DNA of 64,000 bases from Candidatus Terraquivivens tengchongensis (GTDB lineage: Archaea; Thermoproteota; Nitrososphaeria_A; Caldarchaeales; Wolframiiraptoraceae): the NCBI GenBank assembly GCA_023261845.1, contig JALNJZ010000001.1, positions 128,001-192,000 on the forward strand. Reading direction: 5' to 3'. The notes beneath the pieces are model-generated. The model did no database searches, had not been told where the DNA came from, and worked only from the letters and a program-made list of their open reading frames with translations. The translations under genes and the position numbers were made by a program. Positions 1 to 10,249 of this stretch are shown here, piece after piece (position 1 is the stretch's first letter; each line of letters opens with the position of its first letter).

Positions 1-14
1 AACCCTCATCTCTT

Positions 15-251
15 TCACTTCTTTTCTTCGAGAGATTTCTTCAGTTCCTCTATCTTCCTGTTGATCTCCGATATTTGTCTCTCCAGTTCTCTCTTCGTAT
101 CCTCTAGGAACTTTAATTCCTCACTTGGGTCTGCCGGATACCCGTACCACCATGGAGCGTATGCTCTAGCCCAAGCAGGCGGCCATGGATGTCTTGGACA
201 CCACCAACCTTTAGGCCAATACCTGTAATGCCAACCCCCATACATCCCCAA
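15..251 (-). CDS. DUF5320-like small protein (G/W/P-rich N-terminus, C-terminal coiled coil)
   Basis: GMYGGWHYRYWP...WWYGYP followed by EELKFLEDTKRELERQISEINRKIEEL; divergent from a DUF134 gene, a common pairing; GGAGGTGA RBS upstream. Confidence 0.7.
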   Translation of the reverse strand: MGMYGGWHYRYWPKGWWCPRHPWPPAWARAYAPWWYGYPADPSEELKFLEDTKRELERQISEINRKIEELKKSLEEKK

Positions 252-263
252 TCACCTCCATAT

Positions 264-307
264 TGTGATATTTCACAGAAAATATTTAAATTTTGTGAAA
301 TATCACA
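264..307. promoter_or_regulatory. Paired operator boxes TGTGA-N4-TCACA in a divergent promoter
   Basis: TGTGATATTTCACA (264-277) and TGTGAAATATCACA (294-307) are exact reverse complements flanking an AT-rich TATTTAAA core. Confidence 0.7.
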
Positions 308-313
308 TAAAGC

Positions 314-628
314 GTGCACGGATACCGTTGGTGCAGAAGGCAAAGGTATGGCGGAGTCGGCAGATGTCCAAAACCAGTCGTCATCTCGACTATACCTCTT
401 GTCGAAAGGATAGAGCCTTCACCAAAAGGTAGCAATGAACCGATATACTTAGATATCGCAGAGGTTGAGGCACTAAAGCTCGTAGACCTAGACAAATTAA
501 CTATGGATGAAGCCGGTGAAAGGATGCGCGTATCCAGGAATACTATCTGGAGGCTAGTTCAGAGCGGCAGAGAGAAACTCGTAAGGGCCATAGTAGAGGG
601 CAGACAGGTCTTGATTCGAAAAGATTAG
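314..628 (+). CDS. DUF134 family DNA-binding protein
   Basis: GRCPKP...EVEALKLVDLDKLTMDEAGERMRVSRNTIWRLVQSGREKL, a sigma-70 region-4-like HTH typical of DUF134. Confidence 0.85.
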   Translation: MHGYRWCRRQRYGGVGRCPKPVVISTIPLVERIEPSPKGSNEPIYLDIAEVEALKLVDLDKLTMDEAGERMRVSRNTIWRLVQSGREKLVRAIVEGRQVLIRKD

Positions 629-641
629 CGAGTGCCATTTT

Positions 642-2120
642 TTAAGAGAACCTGTTCCCAACATACCTGATACCGGCCGCAAGCAATTCCCTCGCTTCCT
701 TGTCTATCAATAACAGCAGAGAAAAGTAGATACAACCACCCACCAGAGCTTCGGCAATCGTTTTAAGTGAGCCGACGGGTGGGTATAGAAAGAATACGAC
801 TATCATAGGCATGGCTGCGACAGTGTACTTTAGAAAGCTTAGCGCTGGGAATGAGAACTTAAGGATCTTTTTCAGAATGGCATAGAGATATAGGAGCGTA
901 AGCGCGTTAACGATGAGCAGACCTATGTTCGCATAAAAAGGTATCATAGTGTAAGCGTTCTCTGCGTCATAAGATAAAATAAGCCGCGTTATGATGAAGA
1001 GTGATGCTAAGTATGCTGAGGAAGCAACCATGTTTATAGAAGGTATGAGAAAGAGTTTGCTTTTCATAAGTTTGCGGAACGAAAGCTGACCCTCTTTGTC
1101 TACGCTTTCAAGACCCGCTATCGCACCACTGAAGACGTTCGCGGTCGCCGAAATTAATGCGACAAACACTCCAACCCTTACTATATCGGATGCTACGACA
1201 TACTCGGCCTTTAGGATTGCCAGCAACGGTTTCGCTAGGACGAATGCGCCGACTACCATAGGAACTGCGAACATCAAGACCAGCTTCAGTACGGTCTCTA
1301 CGTCCCTACTTCCGCCGCCAGAGAGTAGTTTAGGGTAGAGGGCCGATGCTAGGAACGCTGAGTAACTCACCATGCCGAATATGACCTGGGCAGCCCTCCA
1401 GTAGGCTATCGGCTCCGTGGAGTTACTCAGCACAGTGACCAATAGTGTATCAAAGCTCAGCAACGTTCCCGGCAGAAGACCGTAAGCCGGGAGCCAGCTC
1501 GACTTTATCCATTGGGCCGCAACGTTCCAATCAAGACTGCCCCTTAGAAAACTTAACTGCGTGATCGCCAGGAACGCCGCTTGGACGGCATAGGCCAGTA
1601 TCACGGAGGTTAAAACACCGTAAAAACCCATCCTCAGTAGCAACACGAAGACGATTCCGAGCGCTATCTTCGATACCTCAAACACTACGAAGCCGTACTG
1701 CGGCAGCTCAGGACGGTGACCATAAGCCAAAGCTTCTAGGGCTTGGGATAGGTAAAGGAAAGGTATGGTTAGACTTGCCAAGAAGAATACACTGACGTCG
1801 GCCGTTAGGTCCCTTGAGCCCCAGACAGATATCGCCAAGAATGCAACGAGTGCGGCAAAGGAGAAGGACGCCGATAAGCATACATGCGTCTTTCCAACAT
1901 TGTAGCCCCTCGCCGTGAAGCGCGTCGACCAGTAGTTTATCAGAGCGTTGGGAAACAGAAGATAGCTACACAGAATCGATATGTACTGCCAGAGCCCAAA
2001 TTCTGAGACGGAAAGGTTCCTAGTAACCAGGACCGTAAATGCGAGTCCAGTAAATATACTACCGATGCGTGTTAAGAAGGCTACAAGACCTGTGTAGCGC
2101 AGCCTTATGGCCCTGCCCAA
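642..2120 (-). CDS. Polysaccharide biosynthesis/flippase-like (MOP superfamily) membrane protein
   Basis: ~12-14 hydrophobic segments; N-terminal LVTRNLSVSEFGLW motif typical of Wzx/RfbX-like flippases. Confidence 0.7.
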   Translation of the reverse strand: MGRAIRLRYTGLVAFLTRIGSIFTGLAFTVLVTRNLSVSEFGLWQYISILCSYLLFPNALINYWSTRFTARGYNVGKTHVCLSASFSFAALVAFLAISVWGSRDLTADVSVFFLASLTIPFLYLSQALEALAYGHRPELPQYGFVVFEVSKIALGIVFVLLLRMGFYGVLTSVILAYAVQAAFLAITQLSFLRGSLDWNVAAQWIKSSWLPAYGLLPGTLLSFDTLLVTVLSNSTEPIAYWRAAQVIFGMVSYSAFLASALYPKLLSGGGSRDVETVLKLVLMFAVPMVVGAFVLAKPLLAILKAEYVVASDIVRVGVFVALISATANVFSGAIAGLESVDKEGQLSFRKLMKSKLFLIPSINMVASSAYLASLFIITRLILSYDAENAYTMIPFYANIGLLIVNALTLLYLYAILKKILKFSFPALSFLKYTVAAMPMIVVFFLYPPVGSLKTIAEALVGGCIYFSLLLLIDKEARELLAAGIRYVGNRFS

Positions 2121-2221
2121 GCATCAGTCGCCTAAAATTTTTGATGGTTATTATCGTCGTGATTAGACCGCTTAAAAAGCGTTAAAACCCCACAACCCGG
2201 TACTAAGCCTCTCCCGGTAAA

Positions 2222-2262
2222 AGTTCAGCACCATGGAAAAATTTTTCCGCAGATGCTGAACT
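2222..2262 (-). terminator. Intergenic stem-loop followed by a T-run
   Basis: AGTTCAGCA...TGCTGAACT arms with inner GGAAAA/TTTTCC; TTTT follows on the minus strand, downstream of CDS 2313-3332. Confidence 0.4.
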
Positions 2263-2312
2263 AATTTGTTGGTAGTATAGGCCGCTCGTCTACTACGACT
2301 CTGGTACGCCGA

Positions 2313-3332
2313 TTAGTACCCGTATTCTCCGTACCAACCTTCGGCCGAGGTAGTCCTCCTTCTTAGGACTAAGGCCACGACCGTCATACCCGCTATGACG
2401 CCCACCGAGATTATTATCAGCTGCCTTGCCAGCTCCCTATCCACTAGGTTTATCGGCACCTTTGGTTCTTCCGTCGTCGCTGTTAGGTTGAAGACGTTGA
2501 TGTTTATAGAATATCTTCCGCCACCACCATGACCGTCAAAGTTCGAAACCTTTAGGTAGAAGCTCTTGTTGCCTGCAATATCTCCTTTGAGCGTTAACGT
2601 GAAGCCCTTGCCAGGAGATGTGGAGCTATTCCGTGCGACCGTGAAGCCGTCAGGAAGGTGAAGGGATGCCTCCAAGGACATGTCAGCGGATGGCAGAACG
2701 TTAATCCTGACAGCCTCCATATTCCTTAACATCGTGTCAAAGACGTAGAAATCCACGAAGTCATCACCAGCACCCGATTGTGCGAGGTAGCCCGAGAACG
2801 AAAGCTCAGCACCGTAGGAGGCTAGGCCTACGTAGGTTGCTTCCTCTATGCTCGAGCCGGCCTCCTTCTTCCCTGCATCCCTCCTGTCCAAGAGCGTTGC
2901 CGAAACGTTGTACTCATAGATTCCTCCGACTGCACTTATCTTGAGGTAGAAGTCGCCTCCCTTCTCTGTCAACCATCTTAACGATATGGTCCTTAACTCT
3001 CCGCTCCTTAAGACGAACTTATCATCAAATACTTTTGCCTTCTTCTCGGTAAAGAGCGATACCATCGTCATCCCTCCCTCTTTGGAGTGCATAGTTATGT
3101 TTAGGACAAGCTCGTATCCAGCACCCACACCAGATAACTTATAGTAATGGTCCTCTAACTGCGATAGGGTACTGTTGAATAGCACAGTCTTTCCGACGTC
3201 CAGGTGTACCTCGCCTGCGCTCTCGAAGGACCCGCCCGGCGTAGGCTGTGAGCTAACCGTCAATATCGGCATTATCAGGAGTAGAACCACTAAAGGTAAT
3301 AGGGCGCGCACTTTCCCCATCTCATTCATCAC
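2313..3332 (-). CDS. Secreted, C-terminally membrane-anchored protein with two PPC-like beta domains
   Basis: Signal peptide (LLPLVVLLLIMPILTVSS); repeated pattern GGSFESA..DHYYKL..FYLKI..Y and AGSSIEEA..DFYVF..FYLKV..GRY; C-terminal TM helix followed by RRR. Confidence 0.6.
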   Translation of the reverse strand: MMNEMGKVRALLPLVVLLLIMPILTVSSQPTPGGSFESAGEVHLDVGKTVLFNSTLSQLEDHYYKLSGVGAGYELVLNITMHSKEGGMTMVSLFTEKKAKVFDDKFVLRSGELRTISLRWLTEKGGDFYLKISAVGGIYEYNVSATLLDRRDAGKKEAGSSIEEATYVGLASYGAELSFSGYLAQSGAGDDFVDFYVFDTMLRNMEAVRINVLPSADMSLEASLHLPDGFTVARNSSTSPGKGFTLTLKGDIAGNKSFYLKVSNFDGHGGGGRYSININVFNLTATTEEPKVPINLVDRELARQLIIISVGVIAGMTVVALVLRRRTTSAEGWYGEYGY

Positions 3333-3418
3333 AACTCTGTAAAATTAGCCATAGAAATACGTTTCCCTAAATCTTTGTGATATAAACGGCTAGATACCAT
3401 ACTTTGATAAGATTTGCA

Positions 3419-3461
3419 TAAAGAAAAAAGAGGAGTTTGTAGGAGCACCGCAGGCTCCTAC
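3419..3461 (-). terminator. Terminator of the giant surface protein gene
   Basis: Hairpin GTAGGAGC-N7-GCTCCTAC overlapping the stop codon, then CTTTTTTCTTT on the minus strand. Confidence 0.6.
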
Positions 3462-6400
3462 TTCTTTGGTGGCGGAGGTGGGAATATTCCCACCCTTCTA
3501 CCACGCCAGCGCACGTACTCGAATGCTATGACGACGATTACTATGACCAGCAGGATTATGCCGATTATCAGCGCTAGGAACGTGGCGAACGTCAGAGGCA
3601 TGCCAGCTATCTCTATGTACGGTGGCAGCGTTATTTCGGCTGCCTTGCCAGCCATCAGGTCCGCCTTAGATACTGTTACCGTACCAGTGTATCCCTTGTA
3701 AGTTGCCTCGACCTCATAGTCTGCGGCTACTAGCTTCGGTATCGTCACTGCACCTCCCTCGTCAGTTGTGAAGTGTCCCACCACCACGCCTGCCCTCTTC
3801 AACGTTACCGTTGCGAATGGCAGGCCTTGGCCTGCGGCACCCTTCACCAACACGCTGAGGTCGAACAGTTGTCCTATGACCGTTATCGAGGTCTTAGCTG
3901 TTGAGAATTTTTCGGTAGCCTTGTAGACCTCCTCGCCCTCGCGTGTGACTACTATCTGGTAGGCTATGCCCTTGCCTTCGCTCTCGAGCGGTACGCTCTC
4001 GAAGACAGCCTTTCCTGCGGCATCTGTCTTTGCCTTTACAGCTCCTAACGATACCTCAGCTCCTGATACAGGTCTTCCCTGAGCGTCAACGACGTTGACC
4101 GTAACAACACCTACTGGTAGCGTTATCTCCCTCTTTGCGTTGATTCCGTCAACCGTGTCAACGATCGAGACCTTTGCCTCAGTTCCGAAGTCAGGCGAGG
4201 TCCATGATAGGTCTAGGCTGTACCTTATGTTCGTCGGTATAGGTAACTTCGTCACGAAGATTGCGCCAACTGCCTTCAAAGTCTTAGCATCTTCCTCGCT
4301 CGCAAGCTTGTACTTATCGAGTATCGCCTTTGGTATCGTTAGCTTCTGCTCTACGCCCTCGAACTTTGCGATTGCATCGCTCAGCACCCTTCCGGTTATG
4401 TCCTTGACAGCCACGCTTATGTCGCCTACTGCAACCTGGAGCTCTCCAGCAACCGTACCGACGTTAGCAGCGCTAAGGTCGAAGCTCTTCCTTCCGACGA
4501 TGACGCCTAACCACTTTGCTATCTCATCGTATGTACCTCTGTTCAGCCTCTTGACCTCTATGACCTCCTTAGCCTTGAACTCGACAGTTCCACCAGCCTT
4601 ATCTGGGAACTCCCTGTAGAATGTTGCGTCTACCTCTATCGGCTTAGCCTCTCCATAGTAGTGCCTTACTCTGATGTCGAAGATCTTAGCCATTATGTCC
4701 CAGTGGGCACCTGGCCTTATCCTCCACACGCCGTGATACTCATGAGCCAGTGTCGTTACCTTGACCCTCTTAGCAAGCTCTCCGAATATTCCAGGCCCTG
4801 GCTGGGTCTCGTCAATGTCGCTGGAGTAGCTTACCGGCCACTTTCCGAATGCGTTGAACGGCCATGCTGGGTGGCCTTCAGCATCCCTGCCGAGATAGTG
4901 GACCCTCAGCAACAAAGTCCACTCAGGCTTCCTTAAGTAGACGGTCTCGGTAACACCGTCCTTTCCTGCGTAAGACCAGCCTGCCGTCTTGCCAGTTACC
5001 GAGTCTACCATCCATAAGAATGCGCCAGGTAATGGCCTGCCGTTGAAGTCCGTTATCTTAGCCGTTACTGGCATGTACTGGAATACTGGCGAGAACGGTA
5101 CGTGCTGCGAGGTCTTCGGGTCGTTAGGCCATACGCTTATACTTGCGTACCATGCACCGCCTATCCTTTCCCATTTGCCGAACTTTGAAGGCAACCATAG
5201 ACCTGCACCCCACTCGTTCGTGACCTCCATGTCTACTGGGAGGCCGTAGAGGTCGTATATCCTGCTCATAACACCTTTATCTTTAACCCATAGCGATGGC
5301 TCTGGCAACCATGCGAAGTATCCCTCTGGCGTCAAGTCTATGCCGACCATCGCAGCCGGGTCCTGCGTTCCCTCGAATACGGATAGGCCGTGTGCCTCAG
5401 CTCCAGGCTTCACGACGTTGTTCAGCCAGTATGGGTCCTTCTCGTTCAGCATGTAAGCTGGCGGGCTTACGACTAGCCAAGATGCCTCCTTCGTCATTCC
5501 AGCCTTTATCCTGCTACCGTTCCATATGACTGTCTCCGGTGTTGTACCACTCTTTATCCATGCTGTTCCGGTCTCGTCGGTCTTGCCCTCGAACGTTACC
5601 TTCCACTTAGCCCACAGAGCCTCCCTCTCCGCATCAGTCAAGTAGTCTGATGGCGGCACGAACGTCAGCTTAACGTTCCAGCCTACCAGCGGGCCTGTCG
5701 TGTAGGTGGCCGTTGCGTTCTCTCCTTGCTGCCATACTACCCTTACTGCGATGTCGGTAGCGTTCAGCTTAAGGGCGACGTGCTTCACAGTCCTTGTTGC
5801 CTCTATTACTTCTCTTGTCTTAGCAGGCTCTAGGTAGTCGATTAGCCGTATCTCGTCTTTGTTAATTGGTGTGTACCTGCCGACCTTTCCAAAGCCACCA
5901 GTGGCGTAGCCGCTTATTACGTCGCCGCTCTCCCTTGTCCACCTGTACGTCGTGTGGTCAAACGGAGCAGCGCCTATTATCACCCAGACCGCAGAGTTGA
6001 CCGGCGACCCGTCAGTACCGTTTCCGAACATCAGCTGCTTGTAGCTCTTGTCATCGACCTTTACTGGACCCTTCTCTAGACCTGTGTACCATGCTGCAAC
6101 CCTCCAGAGGTGGCTTACGTTCCACTCGACGTACTTGTTCAGGAAGTAGTCAAAGACTTTGAACTTCATGGCAGTCGGTACCAAGTTGAGCTCCAGCTTT
6201 CCGTCAGCCCATGGTTTCTTGCCCATTGCCTCATCAACGGGTACAAGCGTCCATGTCTTCGCGGTGTCGTTGGCCACCAGTATGCCTGGATGGACGTATG
6301 CATCAGGCTTCGTGACGTTTATCCATGCAAGGTCTGCGTATAATCCCTTGACTACCCTCTCGAAGTCCGTGCATATCGTGTGGTACAACACTACATCAGA

Positions 6401-9400
6401 TACCGCTACCCTGTCAACCTTCCATCCCATCTTTGTTAGGTTGAAGTATGCTTCGTAGACGACGCTGCTGTTCAAGTACCAGTAGACCGTTATGTTGAAC
6501 GTCTTGAACAGATCTTTTCCATCTTTCTTCAGAGTGTAGTTCAAGTAGCCTGCTGTAGGAGCTATTACCTTGGCCTTGCCCTCGGCATCAACCTTTCCTG
6601 CCCACTCTGCGTAGACTGAATACCTACCATCAGTAATCGTGTTGGTGTGTGCCTTTATCTCCACGTAGGCGTACTTCAGCGGCCTTACGCCGCCCTGGTC
6701 CTTAAGCTCTAGCGATATGATACCGACAGGTAGCGGAGCCTTCAGAAGCTCCTTGTCGTATATGTACGGTATGTAGTATGTCGTCTCAACAGGCTCTTCT
6801 GAGTTTATATATGTGTAAACCTTCACCATAGAGGTCCTCGTCTCCCAAGCATTCTTTAGTGCTGCATTTGGCGTCAGGTAGAACGTGTAGTTAGCAGCCA
6901 CATAGTCAGGCCATGGCGCTATGTTCATCGGCCATACGCCGCCAGGCCTGTACCAAGTGAACATGTCAACGGTAACGCCCATGTCCGTCTCGAACGTCAG
7001 GTCGGCGCAGTAGTATCCGCTTCCTATGAAGTGGGTTTCGTTCTTCCTTATCCATGGTGTTGAGCTGTTCCACCATATCTTGGAGAGCGGTGGATTGTCC
7101 TCATCAACCTTGGACCTCAGCTGTATCGGAGCCGTTGCATTCGTCTTGACTATGTCCATCATGACGTCCACGTCGTTGTAGATCGCGAACTCCGCACCGT
7201 CAAGCCGCTCCTCGCCGTTTATCGCAACCACGTTGAAGCCCATAGCCCAGAGCGGCAGGTCTATCGATATCCTCTGGCAGAACGTCAGGTCCTTGAAGTT
7301 CAATGCAGCGATTATGTCCGGATAGTAGACGTCTGGGTTGAGTGCCTTAGGCAGTACCCTTAGTACTGTCCTGTTGTGAGCCTCATCATGAGAAGCGGTG
7401 GCCGGATTGTCCCATAGTAACGAGCCTGGTGTTGCAAGCGTAGCATAGTCAAAGTAGTCTTCAACATACTTTGTTCCATCCCACTTCCATCCTCTCGTCG
7501 TCGTCGTTACGTTTATGCAAGGCTTGTTAACCTCCTCGTCTAAAGCCGGCATCTGGTGGAATATGACCTTGGCTTCATCCTTGAAGTATGTAATCTTGTA
7601 CCTGAAGAACTGAGTGACTATCTTCGAAGTGTTGTACGGCTGCTGGTCGAATGCCATCTCGTTAAGCGGAGGCTTTCCTACGTTGCCGTCCATCGTCTGT
7701 ACGAACTTGACCATCTTGCCGGTCGTTATGTTCAGTCCCCACCAGCTCATCGTTATGTTGACGTTCGGTATCTTCTCGACCTTCTGGAAGTCGTAAGTGT
7801 AGAATATGATGTCCGTTACCTTAGCCCTGACGATTATCGGTACGGCACCCGCCTTGGTTATGTTTATGGCGACGCTACCATCTGGCTGAGCGTCACCTGT
7901 CGTTCCGTCTGGATACTTTATTGCATTCTTGTCCAAGAACGTTACCCAGACACCCTTCCAGTATACGCTCTTGATCACTAATGTCGGAGATTCTCCAACT
8001 GGTACTGGCACCTTCGGTAACGGTATTATGCCTTCGTCTGCCGTGTTAGCCTGCACGTCTCCGTACGTTGGGTGTACGTACTTGACTGGTGTGTAGGCAA
8101 GCCCTTCGTCGTGTGCGTCAGTTACCTTAACTAGCAGCTTGTAGACAGACGTTACTAATGAAAGGTTCTCGGTCCTTACAAGCTTGCCTATGAGCGTCAG
8201 GTTCTCGTAGACGAGTACGCCCTGGTAGTATATCTTGATTCCGTACGGTCCAATCTCTCCTGGTAGCTGGTATATGAATAGCGTTCCGTTAGCAGTTATC
8301 CATGTATGGTATGTGACCTGTACCGTACCTATCAGCTTAACGTTCGGGTAGTCAGTAAACTCTACTGGAGGACCGTTCGGTCTTGTCAGCACGACCTTCG
8401 TGTAGAGCGGCTCAAGCGGCGAGCCGAGCTGGTCGACTATCTGTATCATCAGGTCAAATACGTTACATTCCAGCAGTAAGAGACCGTCTTTCCTGTAGGC
8501 TCTCATTATATTTGGAAGTACCGATATTTCATCAATTCCTTTCGCGCCTGCATCCTGAACCTTCAACCTTGCATCGTTCGGTGTCTTTGACGGAACAACC
8601 CAGCTGGCATTCTTTAACGCCACGTAGTACGGGTTGGCGATGTACGTCGAGTTCACTGTTACAGGAGCGCCGCCGTATGCGTTAGCAGGACCTCCTCCCC
8701 ACTTGACCTGTACGACTATGCCCTTGAACTCTCCCCACTTGCCCTTGTCGTCGTCGAGGCTTATCGTGTTAAGCTCCTTGATGTTCACTATCCTCTCGCA
8801 CGGTACCGCCGATGCCTCTGCAAGGTTTCTAGCATCCATCGGGTTGTAGACCGTTGCACCCTCTATCGAGGCGTTCGGGAACCTCAAGTAACCTTTATCC
8901 TTGAATACGCTCAGCGCACCAACCATCGCCGGGCCGCTCACGCTCGCCGTATAACCATCTATGCCCGTTAGGGCTATCAGGCCCTTCATGTCAATGTACA
9001 CGGATGGGCTCGTCTCGCCAGGCCTCTGCCTAGTTAACGATACCGCTATCTGGGCGTCTACGAGTGCATCACCAATTGCTGGATGCTGCACCCTTGGGTC
9101 CAGGTCTATTGCGCCGAACTTTGCGTAGAAGACAGTACAGTTCAGGTTTATCACAGATCTGTCAAAGTCTGAACTCAACGGAGCAGTTGCTGAAGAAGTT
9201 GACCATACATTATTGGGATCAGATACCATAAAGCCCCTATATGCGACGAAGTCTGTCTGGTTTACGAGTACGGTCTCCCACCAGACCCTTGCAGTTGCGT
9301 TCAAGTGTGGAGCTTTGTTTACTTCAGTAAGTCCAGCTTTGAATGGCACCCTAGCATTCAGGTGGTGCGTCTGCAGCGGTATCGGAACCCATGCGCTCAG

Positions 9401-10249
9401 CCCATCGCTACCCAGCGTTACTGCAGCGCCCACGAGCGTTGCCTCACTCGTTGCGGATACGCCGTGGGCCGTGTAGTTCAGGTCGTATACCCTTACCTGG
9501 GCATAGGAGAGGTTGTCCTTCAAGCTGTACCATGTGTGCGTATGGAACTTCATCCATATTACTGCGCACTGCGTCACGAATGCCTTCTCGGGCTTGCTGT
9601 ATTCGGTAGCAAAGTCTCCTACTTTAGCAGCATCAGTCCTCCACAGCACAACGGGGCCATTCTTATCAAACTTGAAGGGACTTCCAGCATCCTGAACTGC
9701 ACCATTCATATTTATGGTAACGTTCTTGCCTACATATGTTGTTATACCTATGCGCTCGTACTCGGACCTTGACGCATTCACCTTGATCATCGCAAGTATG
9801 ATTCCCTCGTACAGCTTGTTAGAGGAAGTCCTTATGTTCTCTCCGTACCAGCTCTTTGCCTTGACGACTATCGTGACGTTCTCCCAAGTCTTAGGCCATG
9901 CAACCTTGACGAAGCCAGTACCGTTGGGCGTGAACACCCTGTAGGGCGTCGGATTCGGGTTGGACACGGTCTGATAGTAGACCATCACCTCGACGTTCGG
10001 CTCGAGTGTCGGCTCACCCTTAGAATCGATCTTTGTTAAGTTGTATCTCTCAAACCATGTAGATGGATAGTCGGGGAATACAGGCGGGTAACCTGTTCCT
10101 TTCCATGCTGGTGTAACTACCTTTAGCCATGCTTCGTATTCTGCCTGAGCTTGGGCTACGTAGATGGCGCTTGGTAGAACTACTGCAGCAACTAGAGCTA
10201 GCAAGAGCGCTAGCGCGGTTATTTTTGCAGCTTTACTTCTATTATCCAT
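3458..10249 (-). CDS. Giant (~2263 aa) secreted, membrane-anchored surface protein, probable S-layer glycoprotein with C-terminal carboxypeptidase-regulatory-like/Ig repeats
   Basis: Likely start ATG 10249 (MDNRSK + signal peptide, AQA cleavage site); many N-x-S/T sequons; repeated D..G.P(L/V)..A.V motifs; C-terminal TM helix and basic Pro-rich tail; TTAAATA TATA-like box near 10300. Confidence 0.7.
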   Translation of the reverse strand: MDNRSKAAKITALALLLALVAAVVLPSAIYVAQAQAEYEAWLKVVTPAWKGTGYPPVFPDYPSTWFERYNLTKIDSKGEPTLEPNVEVMVYYQTVSNPNPTPYRVFTPNGTGFVKVAWPKTWENVTIVVKAKSWYGENIRTSSNKLYEGIILAMIKVNASRSEYERIGITTYVGKNVTINMNGAVQDAGSPFKFDKNGPVVLWRTDAAKVGDFATEYSKPEKAFVTQCAVIWMKFHTHTWYSLKDNLSYAQVRVYDLNYTAHGVSATSEATLVGAAVTLGSDGLSAWVPIPLQTHHLNARVPFKAGLTEVNKAPHLNATARVWWETVLVNQTDFVAYRGFMVSDPNNVWSTSSATAPLSSDFDRSVINLNCTVFYAKFGAIDLDPRVQHPAIGDALVDAQIAVSLTRQRPGETSPSVYIDMKGLIALTGIDGYTASVSGPAMVGALSVFKDKGYLRFPNASIEGATVYNPMDARNLAEASAVPCERIVNIKELNTISLDDDKGKWGEFKGIVVQVKWGGGPANAYGGAPVTVNSTYIANPYYVALKNASWVVPSKTPNDARLKVQDAGAKGIDEISVLPNIMRAYRKDGLLLLECNVFDLMIQIVDQLGSPLEPLYTKVVLTRPNGPPVEFTDYPNVKLIGTVQVTYHTWITANGTLFIYQLPGEIGPYGIKIYYQGVLVYENLTLIGKLVRTENLSLVTSVYKLLVKVTDAHDEGLAYTPVKYVHPTYGDVQANTADEGIIPLPKVPVPVGESPTLVIKSVYWKGVWVTFLDKNAIKYPDGTTGDAQPDGSVAINITKAGAVPIIVRAKVTDIIFYTYDFQKVEKIPNVNITMSWWGLNITTGKMVKFVQTMDGNVGKPPLNEMAFDQQPYNTSKIVTQFFRYKITYFKDEAKVIFHQMPALDEEVNKPCINVTTTTRGWKWDGTKYVEDYFDYATLATPGSLLWDNPATASHDEAHNRTVLRVLPKALNPDVYYPDIIAALNFKDLTFCQRISIDLPLWAMGFNVVAINGEERLDGAEFAIYNDVDVMMDIVKTNATAPIQLRSKVDEDNPPLSKIWWNSSTPWIRKNETHFIGSGYYCADLTFETDMGVTVDMFTWYRPGGVWPMNIAPWPDYVAANYTFYLTPNAALKNAWETRTSMVKVYTYINSEEPVETTYYIPYIYDKELLKAPLPVGIISLELKDQGGVRPLKYAYVEIKAHTNTITDGRYSVYAEWAGKVDAEGKAKVIAPTAGYLNYTLKKDGKDLFKTFNITVYWYLNSSVVYEAYFNLTKMGWKVDRVAVSDVVLYHTICTDFERVVKGLYADLAWINVTKPDAYVHPGILVANDTAKTWTLVPVDEAMGKKPWADGKLELNLVPTAMKFKVFDYFLNKYVEWNVSHLWRVAAWYTGLEKGPVKVDDKSYKQLMFGNGTDGSPVNSAVWVIIGAAPFDHTTYRWTRESGDVISGYATGGFGKVGRYTPINKDEIRLIDYLEPAKTREVIEATRTVKHVALKLNATDIAVRVVWQQGENATATYTTGPLVGWNVKLTFVPPSDYLTDAEREALWAKWKVTFEGKTDETGTAWIKSGTTPETVIWNGSRIKAGMTKEASWLVVSPPAYMLNEKDPYWLNNVVKPGAEAHGLSVFEGTQDPAAMVGIDLTPEGYFAWLPEPSLWVKDKGVMSRIYDLYGLPVDMEVTNEWGAGLWLPSKFGKWERIGGAWYASISVWPNDPKTSQHVPFSPVFQYMPVTAKITDFNGRPLPGAFLWMVDSVTGKTAGWSYAGKDGVTETVYLRKPEWTLLLRVHYLGRDAEGHPAWPFNAFGKWPVSYSSDIDETQPGPGIFGELAKRVKVTTLAHEYHGVWRIRPGAHWDIMAKIFDIRVRHYYGEAKPIEVDATFYREFPDKAGGTVEFKAKEVIEVKRLNRGTYDEIAKWLGVIVGRKSFDLSAANVGTVAGELQVAVGDISVAVKDITGRVLSDAIAKFEGVEQKLTIPKAILDKYKLASEEDAKTLKAVGAIFVTKLPIPTNIRYSLDLSWTSPDFGTEAKVSIVDTVDGINAKREITLPVGVVTVNVVDAQGRPVSGAEVSLGAVKAKTDAAGKAVFESVPLESEGKGIAYQIVVTREGEEVYKATEKFSTAKTSITVIGQLFDLSVLVKGAAGQGLPFATVTLKRAGVVVGHFTTDEGGAVTIPKLVAADYEVEATYKGYTGTVTVSKADLMAGKAAEITLPPYIEIAGMPLTFATFLALIIGIILLVIVIVVIAFEYVRWRGRRVGIFPPPPPKK

